Shown here: piece by piece, positions 26,046 to 40,179 of the stretch
How the letters are laid out: each line of letters starts with the position of its first letter
How positions within the stretch are numbered: position 1 is the stretch's first letter
Origin: Camelus ferus
Lineage: Eukaryota
Direction of reading: 5' to 3'
NCBI RefSeq assembly: GCF_009834535.1
Contig: NC_045697.1
Coordinates: 12,960,001 to 13,024,000, forward strand
Length of the DNA: 64,000 nt
The notes under the pieces: generated by a model
The model's database searches: none
Seen by the model: only the letters and a program-made list of their open reading frames with translations
Told to the model about the DNA's origin: nothing
Position numbers and translations under genes: made by a program

Positions 26046-28215
26046 CATCACCTTTAGTTGTATGTTGATGGACAAAAGTTGTTTCTGTAATTAGGTTATT
26101 GTAAACTGATGTGGCAATCAATATGGGAAATGCAGATATATTTTTGAGGCCCTTTTTTAATTCCCTTTGGATATATACCCAGAAGTAGAATTGTTGGATC
26201 ACATGGCAGTTCTAATTTTAATGTTTTGAACAACCTCCATGCTGTTTTCCACAGTGGATGCACCAATTTGCATTCCCAGTAACAGTGCAAAAGAGTGCCC
26301 TTTTCTTCACATTCTTATCCACGATTTGTTATCTCTTGTTTTTCTGATGATAGTCATTGTAAGGTGATATCTCATTGTAGTTTTGATATACATTTTCCTT
26401 ATGATAAGTGTTGTTAAGCATATTTTCATGTACTTGTCAGCCATTTGTATGTGTCTTCTTTAGGAAAATACCTATCTAGTTCCTCTGCAGATTTTACAAA
26501 TGAATTGTTTGTTTAATTTCTATTAAGTTGCATGAGTTCTTTATATATATTGGATATTAATCCCTTATCAGATATGTGATTTACAAGTATTTTCTCCTTT
26601 CCATAGATTGATTTTTCTTTTTGTTGACTGTTTCTTTTGCTCTGCAGAAGTTTTTTAGTTTGCTGTAGTTCCATTTATTAATTTTTGCTTTTGTTGTAAA
26701 ATTAGCTTTTTCCCTAAGTTTTTTTCTAGGAGTTTTATTGTTTCAGCTCTTATATTTACATCTGTAACCCATTTTGTGTTAATTTTTGTGAATGGTGTAA
26801 GTAGGGGCTCTGATTTCATTCTTCCACATATGGTTATCCAGTTTTACCAACACCTTGATTAAAGAGACTATCTTTCCCTATTGCATATTCTTGGCTTTCT
26901 TGTCAAATATTAATTGACCTTATATTTGAGGGTTTATTTCTGGGCTCTTGATTTTGTTCCACTGGAATATGTATTTATTTTTTGCAAGTACCATACTCTT
27001 TTGATTACTTTATCTTTCTGGGATAGATTGAAACCAGGAAGTGTGCTGCCTCTAGCTTTGTTCTTCTTTCACAAGATTGCTTTGGCTATTCTGGATCTTT
27101 TGTGGATCCATATGAATTTTAGGATTGTGTTTTCTAATTCTGTGAAAATGTCATTGGGATTTTGATAGGGATTGCATTGACTGTATAGATGACTTTCAGT
27201 AGTATGGACATTTTAACAATATGAATTCTTTTGATTCATAAACATAAGCTACCTTTCCATGCACTTGTGTCTTCAATAATTTCTTTCATTAAAATCTTGT
27301 GGTTTTCAGTGTACAAAGCTTTCATCTCCTTGGTTAAATTTATTCCCAGGTATTTTATTGTTTTTGATGCTATCAAGAATGCAATTTTTAAAAATTTCTT
27401 TTTCAGATGTCTTAGTGTATAGAAAAACAGTTGTTTTCTGTATGTTGGTTTTGTATTCTACAACTTTATTGAATTGCTTCTAAAAGTTTTTTGATGGAGT
27501 CTTTAGGAGTTTCTATACATAAAACCATAGAATCTGCAAGCAAAGACAATTTTACTTCTTCTTCTCCTATTTGGATGTTTTTTATTTCTTTATATTGATT
27601 GCTCTGGCTGTGCCTTCTAATATTGCGTTGAATAGGTGTGGTGAGAGTGGGCACTTTTGTCTTGTTTCTAATCTTACAGGAAACCCTTTCAATCTCTCAC
27701 TGTTGAGAGTGATGCTGCCTGTGGGCTTATCATGTGTGCCCTTTATTATGTTGACGTATATTCTACATCCAATTTGTTGAGTATTTTTAATCATAAAGGA
27801 TATTATATTTTGTCAAATGGCTTCTCTACATCTGTTGAGATGATCACATGAATTTTCTTCCTATTAATGTGATGTATAACATTTTGTGTGTGTGTTGATC
27901 ATCTTTGCATTCCAGGGATAAATCCCACCTCATCATGGTTTATGAAACTTTTAATGTGTTGTTGAATACAGTTTGCTAATATTTTGTTAAGAATTTTTGC
28001 AGCTATATTCATCAAGAATGTTGGTCTGTAGTTTTCTTTTCTTGTAGTGCCCTTATTGGGCTTTAGTATTCAGGTAATTCTGGCCTCATAAAATGATTTT
28101 GGGAGTCTACCATCTCTTCTATTTTTGGGGAAGTGTTTGAGCAGGATTGTGATTAATTCTTCTTTAAATGTTTGGTAGAATTCCGCAGTGAAAATTGCCT
28201 AACCCTGGGCTCTTC
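25494..28215 (-). mobile_element. Degenerate 5'-truncated LINE-1 (~2.7 kb; RT and C-terminal part of ORF2 plus 3' UTR)
   Basis: Minus-strand ORF pieces KPTGSITLNSERLKGFPVRLETRQKCPLSPHLFNAILE, IKNIQIGEEEVKLSLLADSM and [41 protein letters not shown] match L1 ORF2p motifs. Poly(T) at 25494. Confidence 0.95.
26000..26043. repeat. (CA)n microsatellite inside an L1 3' region
   Basis: About 22 perfect units. Confidence 0.95.
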
Positions 28216-28915
28216 TTGGTTGGTTGGCTACCCTACTTTGAGTTCGGCAGGGTCAAATCCTTTTCCAGGCATATCTAGGTTCCAGGAATCTGTTTTTCTT
28301 TCATCTTGAGGGAAACTTAACTAACTCAGAGGTCTAAGAGACTGAAGAAGGTATGAAACCCTGCTTGTCCTATGCTCTTGTGCATGTAAAAAGAAACTGT
28401 TGAATGCAAGATAATATTAGGGAAGCAGTTGATTGACATTTTGGGTGTCCCATATATACTTTGTGAATACCACCAAGTTAAGGATCGGATACCATGGTTT
28501 CAGGATTATAGTAAAGGATATAGTGCCCATGGCTAACTCATCAGTGATGCTGCAAATTAAATTTATGGGATTCAATCCAACTCAAGGTACTGGATCCCAT
28601 CCCAGTGATAAAATGTCTGTTACAACCATCAATGACACCCACTTTTAGTTATTCAGAGCACTTCTTTTCATATGATCAAATGATCTAAAAATAAGAAAGA
28701 CTGGAAGCATTTGAAAAGGACAAATGTTTCTCAATTGCAATTTATGAGTTAAATGCATTCTAATCAATTAGAAGCTGTACACAACATGGTATCCCTATTC
28801 TCCTCTAAAACGACCTGATGAAGATTGAGGGATAGAATAATTTTGTAACTAGAGAAATCATTGCATTGACTGTAGAACCTATTAAAACTGTTTTTCTTTC
28901 TTAAATTTTTCATCA

Positions 28916-28917
<2 letters not shown>

Positions 28918-28947
<30 letters not shown>
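28918..28947. repeat. (TG)n microsatellite
   Basis: Directly visible. Confidence 0.95.
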
Positions 28948-28950
<3 letters not shown>

Positions 28951-31369
28951 ATGAAACCAAGGAAGCAGTGTGACCTAGTGTTTTATTTAACAGACATTCT
29001 AAACAAGATCAAAGCAGCATCTCTGTTCCACATGGGATAGAATCTTTCTTGTGACTGGGCTGTATTTTGTTTTTAATAGGTTTTGAGTAAAACTACATCA
29101 ATAATTTCAAAAAATAGAAATGATGGAATAAAGAAGATTCAAGGATGATTGAAAGCAATCTTTCAAAGGCACTGTTATAAATATTTAGTGTTTTCTGTTT
29201 CTATCTAATTCATAAATCTATGACTCAGAAATTTTTACTAAAATTCAAAAATGATTTTTCCAAATGCCATAGTTTTTGATAATAGTGCCTGAGTCAGTGT
29301 CCAAGTAAACACATTGTCTCCCACTACACAGAGGAAATAGAGCATTAACATATGTTCTGCCAAGCAGGTTTCATAACCAGAGCCACCATCTTTTCCAATG
29401 AAATGAAACCCTAAAATGTCAATATGAATAAATTACAAATAACGAACTCTTCACTTATCTTTAATGCTTTGCCAAATACCAACTCGATTGAAATGCTGAT
29501 ATTTAGTAGAAAGAAGAAAGGGGATATCTTGAGGAAGAATCAAACGAACAAGGGTAGTAGGCTAGAATGTTTCTGTGTCAAATTCCATCCGAACAATCCT
29601 GTTTTTTTAAAGTTCGGAAGCCCATACATACTTGGAATTTTTGCTCTCTGCCTTTGATTTAAAGCGCAAAATCAAAAGCCTATTCTATGAAAAGAAGTGC
29701 ACTTGAGCAACCCAGGAATGTGCTGAAGCCTTTCTACAAATTAATCTCTTCTTTAGTGAAGTGAAACATCGGGACCATTCAGGGACACTGGGAGGGGCTC
29801 AGGGGCTTGAATTTGAGCCAGGCTTAATGAGAAGAGTTGGAGGCGAAATGGAATTGAACTGTACCTTATTAACTGGTGAAAGCTGTGAACGAGGTGGACT
29901 TACTGGCCAAGAATTCTTTCCCTTTGTTGCAGATAACTACAGGGGATATTTTGAGGTAGTTTTCATGCTCTTTAAAGATCATGGTATATTTTAAAATTTT
30001 GTATGTTTTTAAAATTTTGAGATAATTCCTGAATTCTGGTTTCCAAGTTTCCCACTGCCTTGAAGAGACACCAGTTTGTGTTTCAGTTGAGTAAACATCT
30101 ATTTACTTGGCCATTTTGTTAGAAATCCATATTGCTAGCCACTGTGTCAGGTGCTGGGGAAAACGTGATGATAATTGCAGTCCTGTCTCAGAGTGACTCA
30201 CATTCCTGTGAGAAATGCTGGAATCTCTCAGTCCCCGCAGGAAAAGCAGAAGCCATGAGGCCAAACATACATCAGACATTCAGTTTAAGTCTCTGAGCAA
30301 ATCATTTCTCTTAGGGACCATGACATATCTTTCCCAGAGAGACCCTTCCGTGGTGAAATACTAGTGTATTCCATAAATTTCTTCTGTAGAAAAGTTGCTA
30401 GATAGGAAGCCTGGTATTGTGAGAGTGAATGTCCAAATAGGGTTCAGGAAACCTGGATTTTCTGAGAAAGATCATCAGAAACCAGTTCCTAAAACATTCT
30501 GTGTAAATGCTCAGTGGATTGTTTTTTAAAATGGAGATGAGAACTGTTCTTCAGAGTTACCATGAAGGGAGTGCTGACTACATGTAGCAACAGCTTAGCA
30601 TTGCAAATTATTTGTTTAACAACTTCTGATCTTTCAGAAAATCCTAATTTTGATGGCCCTGTTCTCTCTTAAGAGCCTGACTGTTAAAATGTATATGGGG
30701 GTGAAATAATACTGTGCCTAGAAGGGCCATTAGATTGAGTGTGGAGTCATAGTTGTCACTTAAGAGGCTCTCCAGAGTGAAGGAGTGTCCAGAGCTTGAG
30801 CAAACTTGGTTAGTAAGATGTGCACTGGGGTAGGGGAAGAAAAGCCTCTATGTTTGCTTTGTTTTCTCTGCTATTACTTTCCACTTCTACCTTTACCTCA
30901 TCCTTAATGATGCATATATTAGAATAGTCAATTTATATATAGACTTTATTAATAAGTACACATATATTAGGAGTGCATGCTCAATTTTTCTTTATTGACA
31001 GAGTTTATAGTCAATATAGTTAGGAGATTCCTGTTTTAGCAAAGAAACAACTAAACCAGTGGGAATATATTTCTCTTCAATCAAAAGCAATAGAATATCA
31101 AAACTAGTTTAATTAAAATTCTCTTTAACATGAGCCTAGAAAATCCTTCAGATATAAAGGCAGAACTAATCTCTGTGGTTACTTGTCTATTTTGCTTGTA
31201 TGGTCGGAAACCCTGATTTGAAGAAGTTCTCTGAAAGCTGGAAGCCTGTTTTTAACACCGGCTTTCAGAATTCTTTTACAGAAGTGAAACCCATCAATGC
31301 ATTCTTCAGAGTGTTTCTTGACTTTGTAGGATGTTTGTAACTCCAGATCTTCTTTCCTTTCTTTCCACC

Positions 31370-31790
31370 TTATTGTGAGCTTTTGGGATGCTGCCCACTG
31401 TGACTGCATCATCTAAAGTGCTTTGGCTTCTGGCTTCTGTTTGCAATTTGCCAATGAGAAGCCCTGGCAAGGCCGAGTGGAAGAAGACAAAGTATGGGAT
31501 ATTTATGACCTCAACTCCCTCCTGATAAGGTGATGAGTTGGCAATGGCTGATTGGCCACAGCCTCCATCCTGTAGGCCTCTCCTACAGGCAAAACTTGCC
31601 TGGTTCCTTGTGCTTGTCCCTCCCTTTGCTTCTTCAGGTTGAGAGAGGCTAAGAGCAATCTTGCCATTGCTGTATCATCTCTTGTTGGTTTCCTGAATCT
31701 TGCCCCTGGGTTCTAAGTAGATATATCATTAAATTCTTCTTAATTGCCCCTTTTTGATTTACATCAGTTCCCTCTCAGGACCCTGATTGA
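31370..31790. mobile_element. ERVL LTR remnant, LTR33-like
   Basis: gactgcatcatc...tctggcttctgtttgcaatttgccaatgagaagccctggcaagg. Confidence 0.5.
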
Positions 31791-33983
31791 GTTTCTAGTT
31801 CAATTCAACTTATATCTCTTACTAAACTTTTACCAAATGATACATAGATGGATAACACACAGACCTGAATCTGCCAAATCTGGTTATGCCCCAAGTTTAT
31901 TAGTTCTTATATTCAAAGAGAGTTTTTGATGTTGTTCTTGTTAAAGCAGAGTTTTTTTTTTTTTTAAAGAAAACATATATGAAAGCAATCTCTAAGCAGA
32001 AAATATTATGTCCCTGGTTTTCCTTACCCATGCAAACATATCCCTAGAAAATGGGCAAGTAACCGCTCAGACAGTTGCCTTTCAGGAGGTCACATAACAA
32101 GAAAGGATATTATCCCATAATGAAAAAATACAAACCAATAGTGAAAACATACTTAGAAAAATAAGAGTGTATGTTTATTTAGAAACCAAGTGCCAGCCAG
32201 TTCCTGGTGGAGTGAGCAGACCAATTTATTACATTATAATTTAAATACAAAGAAATACAAATTTAGAAGAAAAATATGCCTTGTGTTAAAATCAGACTTT
32301 CGAACAAGTCTAATAATGCTACTATCAATGATACTTCACATTTATTGAGTATTTATAATGTGCTTTATGTGTATTAACATACTTAGTTCTCATAACAACC
32401 CATATAATATTATTTTTAATTCTCATTTTTTGTCAAAAAAACTGAAGACTAGAAGAGGAAATTCACTCAAGATAGGAAACTATACAATCTAGCTCCACAT
32501 ATAAGCTGATGATTTTACAAGATCAACAGAAAAAAATAACGGTGACTTAACAAAAACTATTTCATGTTTAAAAATATTTTTTTCCTCCTGCCCATCATGT
32601 GATACATTTGCCTTATTGTTAGAGTAACTCAAAAAGAGTGTTATGACTAGACTTCCTCTCGACTTTTAGAACATTTTTTTTCCAGCAGTTAAACAGTTGG
32701 ATTATTTCAGAAAGAGAGAAAAAGGAATTCTACACTTCCTCTGAGATGTATTAAATGAATACATTTTTAAAAAGAGAGGTTTTGGCTTTTCAATAATTAG
32801 GATGTTAGTATAAAATTCATTTTTGAAGGAAATAAATGTACTCTTTCAAAGAAAAGACCCAATTTTCCAAAGCTACTCCCAGTCTGGCCACATATCAGTG
32901 TCCAGGATGTCAACTGATAGTCTGGAATGCTTAAGAAGCAGAGACAAATATTTCAACCTAAGATTGCAATTGGAACTCAGCTTGAAGATTTACTCCATTT
33001 GAGAAGTTGTAAAGTCTCCTGGATGTTTAAAATATGTCACACTGACATTTTTTTAAATCACATTCAACTATGAGTTTCATCCAGGAGAAAACAGATCTAG
33101 TTGGGAAACGGTGGCCCCAACTATGGTTGGATTATGTGATTTATCCTGCATGGAGTAAATAGGAGGGGCCAGATTGCTCTGGGTCTGGTCTGTTCTGATG
33201 CTGAGCAGGCCTTTGCCTTGCTCCTGATATCTGGCTTTGGACGTCTTTTGGCCAGGCTTTATTGTAGATCAAATACATTCCATCAGAAGATGTCTTACTA
33301 ACTTTCTAGGATTACCCTGCATTTCTAAGACTGAAGTTCAGAATCTGTGGAAATAGCATTTCCCATAGAATGCCGAGTGTAAGATCTATCAAAAGAAAAA
33401 AACCAAACCAAAACAAAAACAGGAATGCATGTCACATGAGATCATTATTAAGAAGGAAAACCATTTCTGATGGAAAATTCCAAGCTCCCTTTGAACAACT
33501 GCCTTGGGAAATGTCCTTAGGAAACAGAAGTCTTGCTTCTAATATGTCATTAACTGTGCTTATGATTTCCTTTGAGTGTTTATAGGTAGAAGTCAGGGTG
33601 TGGAATGTACAAATATTACACAAAAATTACAGTACAGTAATTGCTTCCTTTGCTAATCCACTCTGCAGAAAATCATGAAACACTGCAGTGGCATCTCTGG
33701 TATGCACGGAAACTTAAGCTTTTACCTTTATTTAACCTCACAGTCTAGGTCTGACCCAGAATCTGCATCCAATGTATATTAAGACAAGCTTTTTGAGTGA
33801 ATTTCGAAATGTGGGACACTTGTGGACAAGTTTGGAATCTCTCTGTTCCAGAAAGATCTTCCTCAGCCCTACTCATGCTTGACAATAGGAAGAGATATTG
33901 TCTACAGAAAAGAAGCCCAAAGTAATGTCCAGTTGTCCCCTGGGCTGTGCTCTACATGACCCATTGCTGATTTGTTGACTGAA

Positions 33984-34130
33984 GCTGTGTGCTGAGTTGG
34001 TGGAAGTCCAGCACTAATGGGGCCAAAGGTCACTGGTCTGGTTTATCTCTCGGGGCTGTTATTACTCCACCCCATCTGGCACAGTTATGCCCTTTCCCAT
34101 CAGTGTTATGGGGTTCTCAGAACTGACATG
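33984..34130 (+). mobile_element. Ancient tRNA-derived SINE, MamSINE1-like
   Basis: gctgagttggtggaagtccagcactaatggggccaaaggtcactggt resembles the recalled head gctcagttggttagagcatggtgctaatgaggccaaggtcgtgggt. Confidence 0.5.
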
Positions 34131-35554
34131 TGGCTTAAGGCGTGAGCTTGAAGCTCCAATCAGGTGGCTGAACTCTGGTGGTCATCTCAGCTGCTCTTTG
34201 CTCTGAGACCGTGAACAAAATATTTAGGTTCTATCTCAGCCTCTATGTCCTTTTCCAAAGGGCTTTTGGAAACATTTATGGTAATTTCATCAGCTAAATT
34301 CTTAGCCCATTGGTGGTGATGAATACAGTTTACAGTTCCTCTCGTCCCCATGCAGTGTCTTACCTACTGTCAGATACAAAGGCAGAATTAGAGAAATCCT
34401 TATTGATTTATACTGGGCTCCAGAAGACTGAGTGGTGGCAAGTCTCTTCCATAATGGCAAATAATAATGGGAATAGTGGTAGTAGCAATAGAAGTAATAT
34501 AGTAGTGGTAGAGCAGCTAATATATGCCGACTGCACTGACGTTTCTTTAAAGGTTATTAGCTATTCTGATCCTCATCACAACCTTCCTAATCAGGTATTA
34601 TTACTGTATCCAGTTCATGGCTAAGGAAATCAAAGGTAAGGACCCTGATGTTACTTGACCAAGGTCAACAGCAAAGAAGTGCCAGAACTAAGAGTTGCTT
34701 AAGATTGGTTCCAAAGTTATTGTCATTAACCATTCCAAAGCTGTCTGAATGTGGGCATTTCTAATATACAACTGTCTATTATTCAACCTGTTTGACTATT
34801 GTAGAGTATTTGACAATGAAGATGTGTCTAGTTTAGAAAATCATGAGTTAAATAACTGAAGAGTAGAAAAAGTAGAATACAATTCTACTTAAGTATTTTC
34901 CTTATCATTGGCCTCCTACCATGAAAGAGTTTCAGAAATTAAGAAAATATAAAACTGTCTAGCACCTATTTTCTTGGTTTCCTTTATGAACAAAATAAAT
35001 CAGATTGCCCTTGGTTAATTTATACTCTTTGGGAAAAGATCTAGTTTGCTCCTGTTCAGATTTTCTGGTTAAAGCTCGTTTCCATCCAAAGGTAGATTGA
35101 TAAATTAACAAACCAAGACTACACACAACCCTTAAACTAACGCCATTCTTGAGTAAAAACACAGATGCTTCGAGCTCCTTTCCTTTCATTTGGTGAGGAT
35201 CAATTTCACCGACAGTTCTTCATACCTTTAGGGTATTATTGATCCAGCTTCCCGCTCCACCAGATTTTTACTCAAAGCTGCCTTAAAAAAAAAAAAAAAA
35301 AAAAAAATCCGTCTGTCTTTATAACTGGGACACCAGGAAGGAGGCAATTTATTGGGAAAGTTTTGTGATTTTTTTTGTTTTTTTGTTTGTTTCGGTACCA
35401 ACAACAGAGATTTATTACACACACTTGTACTTTATGGTTAAAGGCATGCACTTCGATTTTCTAAACTCCTCCACCATTTGGCTTCCATTTTTTTTCTCAT
35501 ACAGCCATGAAAATGCCCCCACAATCAAGACATCTTTAAAATCAATACTATTGG

Positions 35555-36007
35555 TGCTATAGACCAAATTTTGTGTCACCAAAATACATATGTTGAAGTC
35601 CTAACCTTCAATGTAACAGTGTTTAGAGATAGGAGCTTTTAGGAGAGCATAAAGGTCAAAAGAGGTAATAAGGGTGGAGTTTTAATCCTGCATTGGTGGC
35701 TTTATAAGAAGAGGAAGAATGATTTCTTCCTCTCCCCCTCCTGCTCCTCCCCTCTCTTTACTGCCCCCACCCCCAGCTCTGTACTCACCTAGGAAAGGCC
35801 CCATGTGAGCCCTGGGAGTGACATTAGCCATGCACAAGTCCAGGAAGAGAGCCTTCACCAGTACCTGACTGTGCTGGACTTGGACTCCTTGGACTGCTTG
35901 GACTGATCTTGGACTTCTAGCCTCCAGAACTGTGGAAAATAGATCTGTGCTGTTTAAGCTACATAGGCTATGAAGTTTCATTATGGCAATCCTAGAAAAT
36001 TAATACA
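35555..36007 (+). mobile_element. MLT1 (MaLR) solo LTR, MLT1A/B-like
   Basis: TG...CA termini; aaaatacatatgttgaagtcctaacc at the start and ttggacttctagcctccagaactgtg...taataca at the end. Confidence 0.9.
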
Positions 36008-36189
36008 CATTCTTTTAGGCATTGGGGTGAGAGATGGGTGTAATTTTTGAGCACAAAATAAACCTTCTTAATACATTGATAGTACATTAGTAAACAATAA
36101 TCTATTCAAAATGTTGATGAGCAAGTAGGATCTAATTCTCATTTCACTTACAACAATAAAATCTTGTGAACCATAGATATTATCTATCA

Positions 36190-36320
36190 GTCTCTTAATT
36201 TGATGTGTTAGAAAACTGAGGCACAGATAAGGGTACTGACTTGCCCAAGGCTCACCTCTGTTAGTTACAAAGTCTGTGCTAGAGATCAAATACTTCAATT
36301 TTCTCTGTTCCTTCTACTGT
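36190..36320 (-). mobile_element. MIR SINE
   Basis: gaaaactgaggcacagataagggtactgacttgcccaaggctcac. Confidence 0.75.
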
Positions 36321-38131
36321 ATAAGGTATTTTATCTTGTTCTTAAATTTTTACAGTCAATTCAGTTTGTATATTTTTGTTTCCTAAACTTCAACATCAAT
36401 GTGTCTACCTTTTCAAAATATTTTGTTTGTTCCTGTAAGTAATTATTTTGGAATATATTTTCTCTACCTGTTTTTATTACCTTATAAACTACTTGGTTTT
36501 CAGGGAATACAATAACAAGAATTTCCACTTCTTGGATGCTTTACTCAGTTAATAAGTTACAGTGGTTTTCACCAATGCTTTTCAGCTCCATTTAAAAGTT
36601 GGTTTTACTGAAATGAACATGCAAATTTTTCTTTATTAGATGTACTGAATTTGTAATTACAAACCTTAATTAGATTATGGTCACTGTCCTTGAATTTTCT
36701 TTACTTCTGTATTACTAGACTTTTTTTTTTCCTCTTCTACATAAAAGAAGGTCTCTGGCTGTTTCCATTTTTAATTCTGCTTTCCTGAACTACAAAAGAG
36801 CTTTTGTTATGCCCTCACGGGGAGTGTTGATGCCTTGTGAAGTCTAAGGATGGCTTTGTCAGATAAAGTCTTGGCACAGACTCAAATAAGTACTCAATCT
36901 TCATATGTTGATGCTATGTATAGACATGCGTGGTACTTTGTAAGCGTTTTGAAGACCATTTCTGATCTTTTTCAAATAAGGTAGTCTAATCTCAACATCA
37001 GATTGAAGTGGTGTAGGATCCCCTTTTCAATGGTTAAAAGTGGATTTTAATCAAAGGGCTATCAGGATGATTAAAGCAGATGTTTCTAGGGAACTTAGAC
37101 GTTTACAAAGCAATTTCGCATACGTGAGTCCACGAACTCTTCACATGAAGTGCGTGAGAATTTTACAAGATGAATAATATTACATTCATTTTGCAGATGA
37201 TGGAACGGATAATGAGAAATCTTAAATGACTAACTCAAGACAAACCACTATTGAGAGCTGAAATCCATAGTTTTTTGTCTTCAGTCTTTTCATTTTTAAC
37301 CACTATTTTCTTCCTTGCATGTTGCATCTCTACATCATTAGAATATTATTTTATTTACAAAATGTTTTGATAAATTTATTCTAAGCTATGAGGCTAGAAG
37401 CATACATTTGGTTTAAGTAAAATTTAGCTATTAGTTCCAGTTATCCATCAGGTTTTTTTAATCACTAAGCACTTGACTTAGTTTCATTTTCAAAGTAAAG
37501 TTGATACTGTTGGCTCTAGATTTAGTTAGTCATGACCTAGACCTGTTGAAACCTAATTCTGAACCACAGCTCTCTACTAAGATATATGGTGCCTGCAGCA
37601 TGTCTGAGTCTCTGTTACTGTTTATGAAGACCCATTTGACAATACAATCCAGTTTAGAAACTTGGAAAGAGATTGTTACTATAGAGGTTAGTAGCTTTTC
37701 AGACCTGGTTTTGGAGCTGGTCTTTTACAGCTTAGGCAAGATACTTAACTTCTACAAGGCTCATCTTCAATTTTTTAAAAAAGTGGAAATAAATATACTA
37801 TCTCTACAGTGAGTTTGGTATAAACCTTTAATAAAATAGTACTTGAAAATTGCTTTGCACAGTGCAACACCTTGCCCTCTGATGTTTATTTTGTTAAAAT
37901 CGAGGCTAACCAAAATCAAAGTTTCAAAAGTCTCTTGCTTCCATTATGAAGCCTAAATTCTTTAGCTTAATACTCAGAGTCCTTCACAATCTCCAACTGT
38001 CTTACCAGTTCAATTGCATCCTCCTCTATTTCTACCCAACTTTCGTTCCAGCCCCACTGAAATGACCACCATCCTTCACCATCTGCTCTGCCCTATCCTT
38101 CCTGTTTCACCAAGTGTTTGTGTTTTCTTTG

Positions 38132-38200
38132 TTTTTTAATTGAGATATAGTTGATTTACAATGTTATATTAGTTTCTGGTGTACAGGAAAGTGGATTAGT

Positions 38201-38234
<34 letters not shown>

Positions 38235-38256
38235 TAGATATATTTTTCATATTCTT
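38132..38256 (-). mobile_element. Short L1 3'-end fragment with (TA)n
   Basis: tttttaattgagatatagttgatttacaatgttatattagtttctggtgtacag. Confidence 0.8.
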
Positions 38257-38299
38257 TGTCATTTTGCCACTTGTTAGAAACTCTTCTCCTCCTTTTTCA

Positions 38300-38525
38300 A
38301 AATAAAGTGCATAAAGAATTTACCATTTACTTCTCTGCCCTCTGTTTCCAAGTTACTTTCCTCTTTATATCGATAGTAATAGCACTTTCTGTACTTAACT
38401 GTACTTTCTTACCCCTTGACTCTTTCACTAGACTTCAAGGCCATGAGAGGAGGTACTTAATTCATCTTTACATTTCAGTGTCAGGCACAGAGCAGATAGT
38501 CAATAACTGTTGGATTGAATTTAAT
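38300..38525 (+). mobile_element. L2 3' end
   Basis: cagtgtcaggcacagagcagatagtcaataactgttggattgaat. Confidence 0.6.
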
Positions 38526-40179
38526 TGGTCAATTAATCCATAACTTATGACAGAATGTTTACTATATCAGGTGTCTGGAAGAATGCCTTCGACAATGAAA
38601 CTTTGTGACATATTTAAAGTTTATTGAGTAAAACCTCGAAAGATAAAGTACTTAGTGAGCTTTTGCTTAATTAAGTGAGATGAATACTGTGCAGTACCAG
38701 CACAGTGTCTGAAATATCACAGGTGCTCACAGACTTGAATCCTTCCACCCACAGGAGGAAACGTGTTCAAATCTGAAACGATCTCAACACTCTTTCTCTC
38801 TGTGACGATTATCCTAAAATTGATGAGAAACCATATGAGTCATTGAAATTAGTGTTTAGATAGACAGCTTGTTCAGTGAGTTTTACTCTGGTGATTTTGA
38901 TGTCTTCTGAAAATGTTTCCAAATGAATTTTAAGTAGAAAATGTTCAACGCGTCCAGGCAATCCATATCCCACTAGCCTTCAGTTAATGGATAAATAATG
39001 TCAAACTTTGTTTTGTTTTCAGTTTGAGCTGTTCTAACAAATTGGTAACTATGGAAGAGCAATTATCATAGAATAAATTCAAAATATGTTTATATAGGTG
39101 GAACTAATTCTTTATTTGCATATTTTTGCTTTTCTTTATTTAGAGAATACAATTTGAATTTGACTAAATAAAATGTATAAATTTAAATAGTTCCTTTGGA
39201 GCCTATTTGTCCATCACTCTTAAATAATTGAAGATGCACTAAACTGGCTATGACCTCTTTGTTGCTTTTGATCAGATATCTCACATCTAACCAAACTGGT
39301 TTTATACTTATGTTCTTGGTTCTGAAATTCAGAATAATCCATCCAGCTCTCTGCTTTGGCGTTGGTGTGTAGGATGACATTACCTTAGGGAATTGATCAC
39401 ATCTATTAGTAAGATTACTCAGGAGATGAGCAGTACTTTTTGGATATCAGATTATAAAGGCCAACATTAGGAAAAAGTAAATTCTACCTCAATAATCCTA
39501 AAACAAAACTGAATTCTTATCCTTTAGTAGAAAGAATAAAAATACTTTCCCATGTTTCATATATTTATAAAATTATATGTTATGAAAACTAGAAAGAGAT
39601 AAATATCTGGGATTAGAATTTCTGCCTCCTCTGCTATTGCTCCATCGTGGACATAACCACCAGACCTGCTTTCTGACACACACATCCTCATCCCTGACAG
39701 ATGTTCCTAAAAGAAGTAGAATCACCAAAGACTATGTGAAGAAATATTTTCATATTTAACCTCTCCAAGCTTTAGTTTTCCTATGTTAAACGGGGATGAC
39801 ATTAATCCCTACCTCATCGGTTGTTGTGAAAATTAAATTAGATCATTAATGTGACCAAGTACATGCTTGGAAATGGTTAGCTATTAACATTGAAGCTAGA
39901 CCTTTAACTGCAAACTTTGAATCAACCTCCTGTTAATATTTAATCTTAATATATGTTAATTCTAATAATAATTATGCGTTGTTTTCATAGAACACATATG
40001 ATTTGAATCATTGATAAGGCATTTACAAAGAAGATTGGCAAAGAAATAGCCTTTGGCAAGAATGCAGAGACCTATGCATTTATTCATGCATCCACCTGTC
40101 CGTCTATCAGCCCTGCCCAGATGTGCAACCATTTACTCAGTACACACTGGATTTGTAACTCTATCGTGCCAAACAAATT

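Noticed and set aside
25927..27794. RT-like ORFs as a functional or novel reverse transcriptase system
   Set aside because: They are fragmented L1 ORF2, with the catalytic FADD motif degenerate (LADS) and many frameshifts.
33984..34060. tRNA gene
   Set aside because: Only a degenerate A-box is present, with no intact B-box or cloverleaf; a SINE head explains it better.
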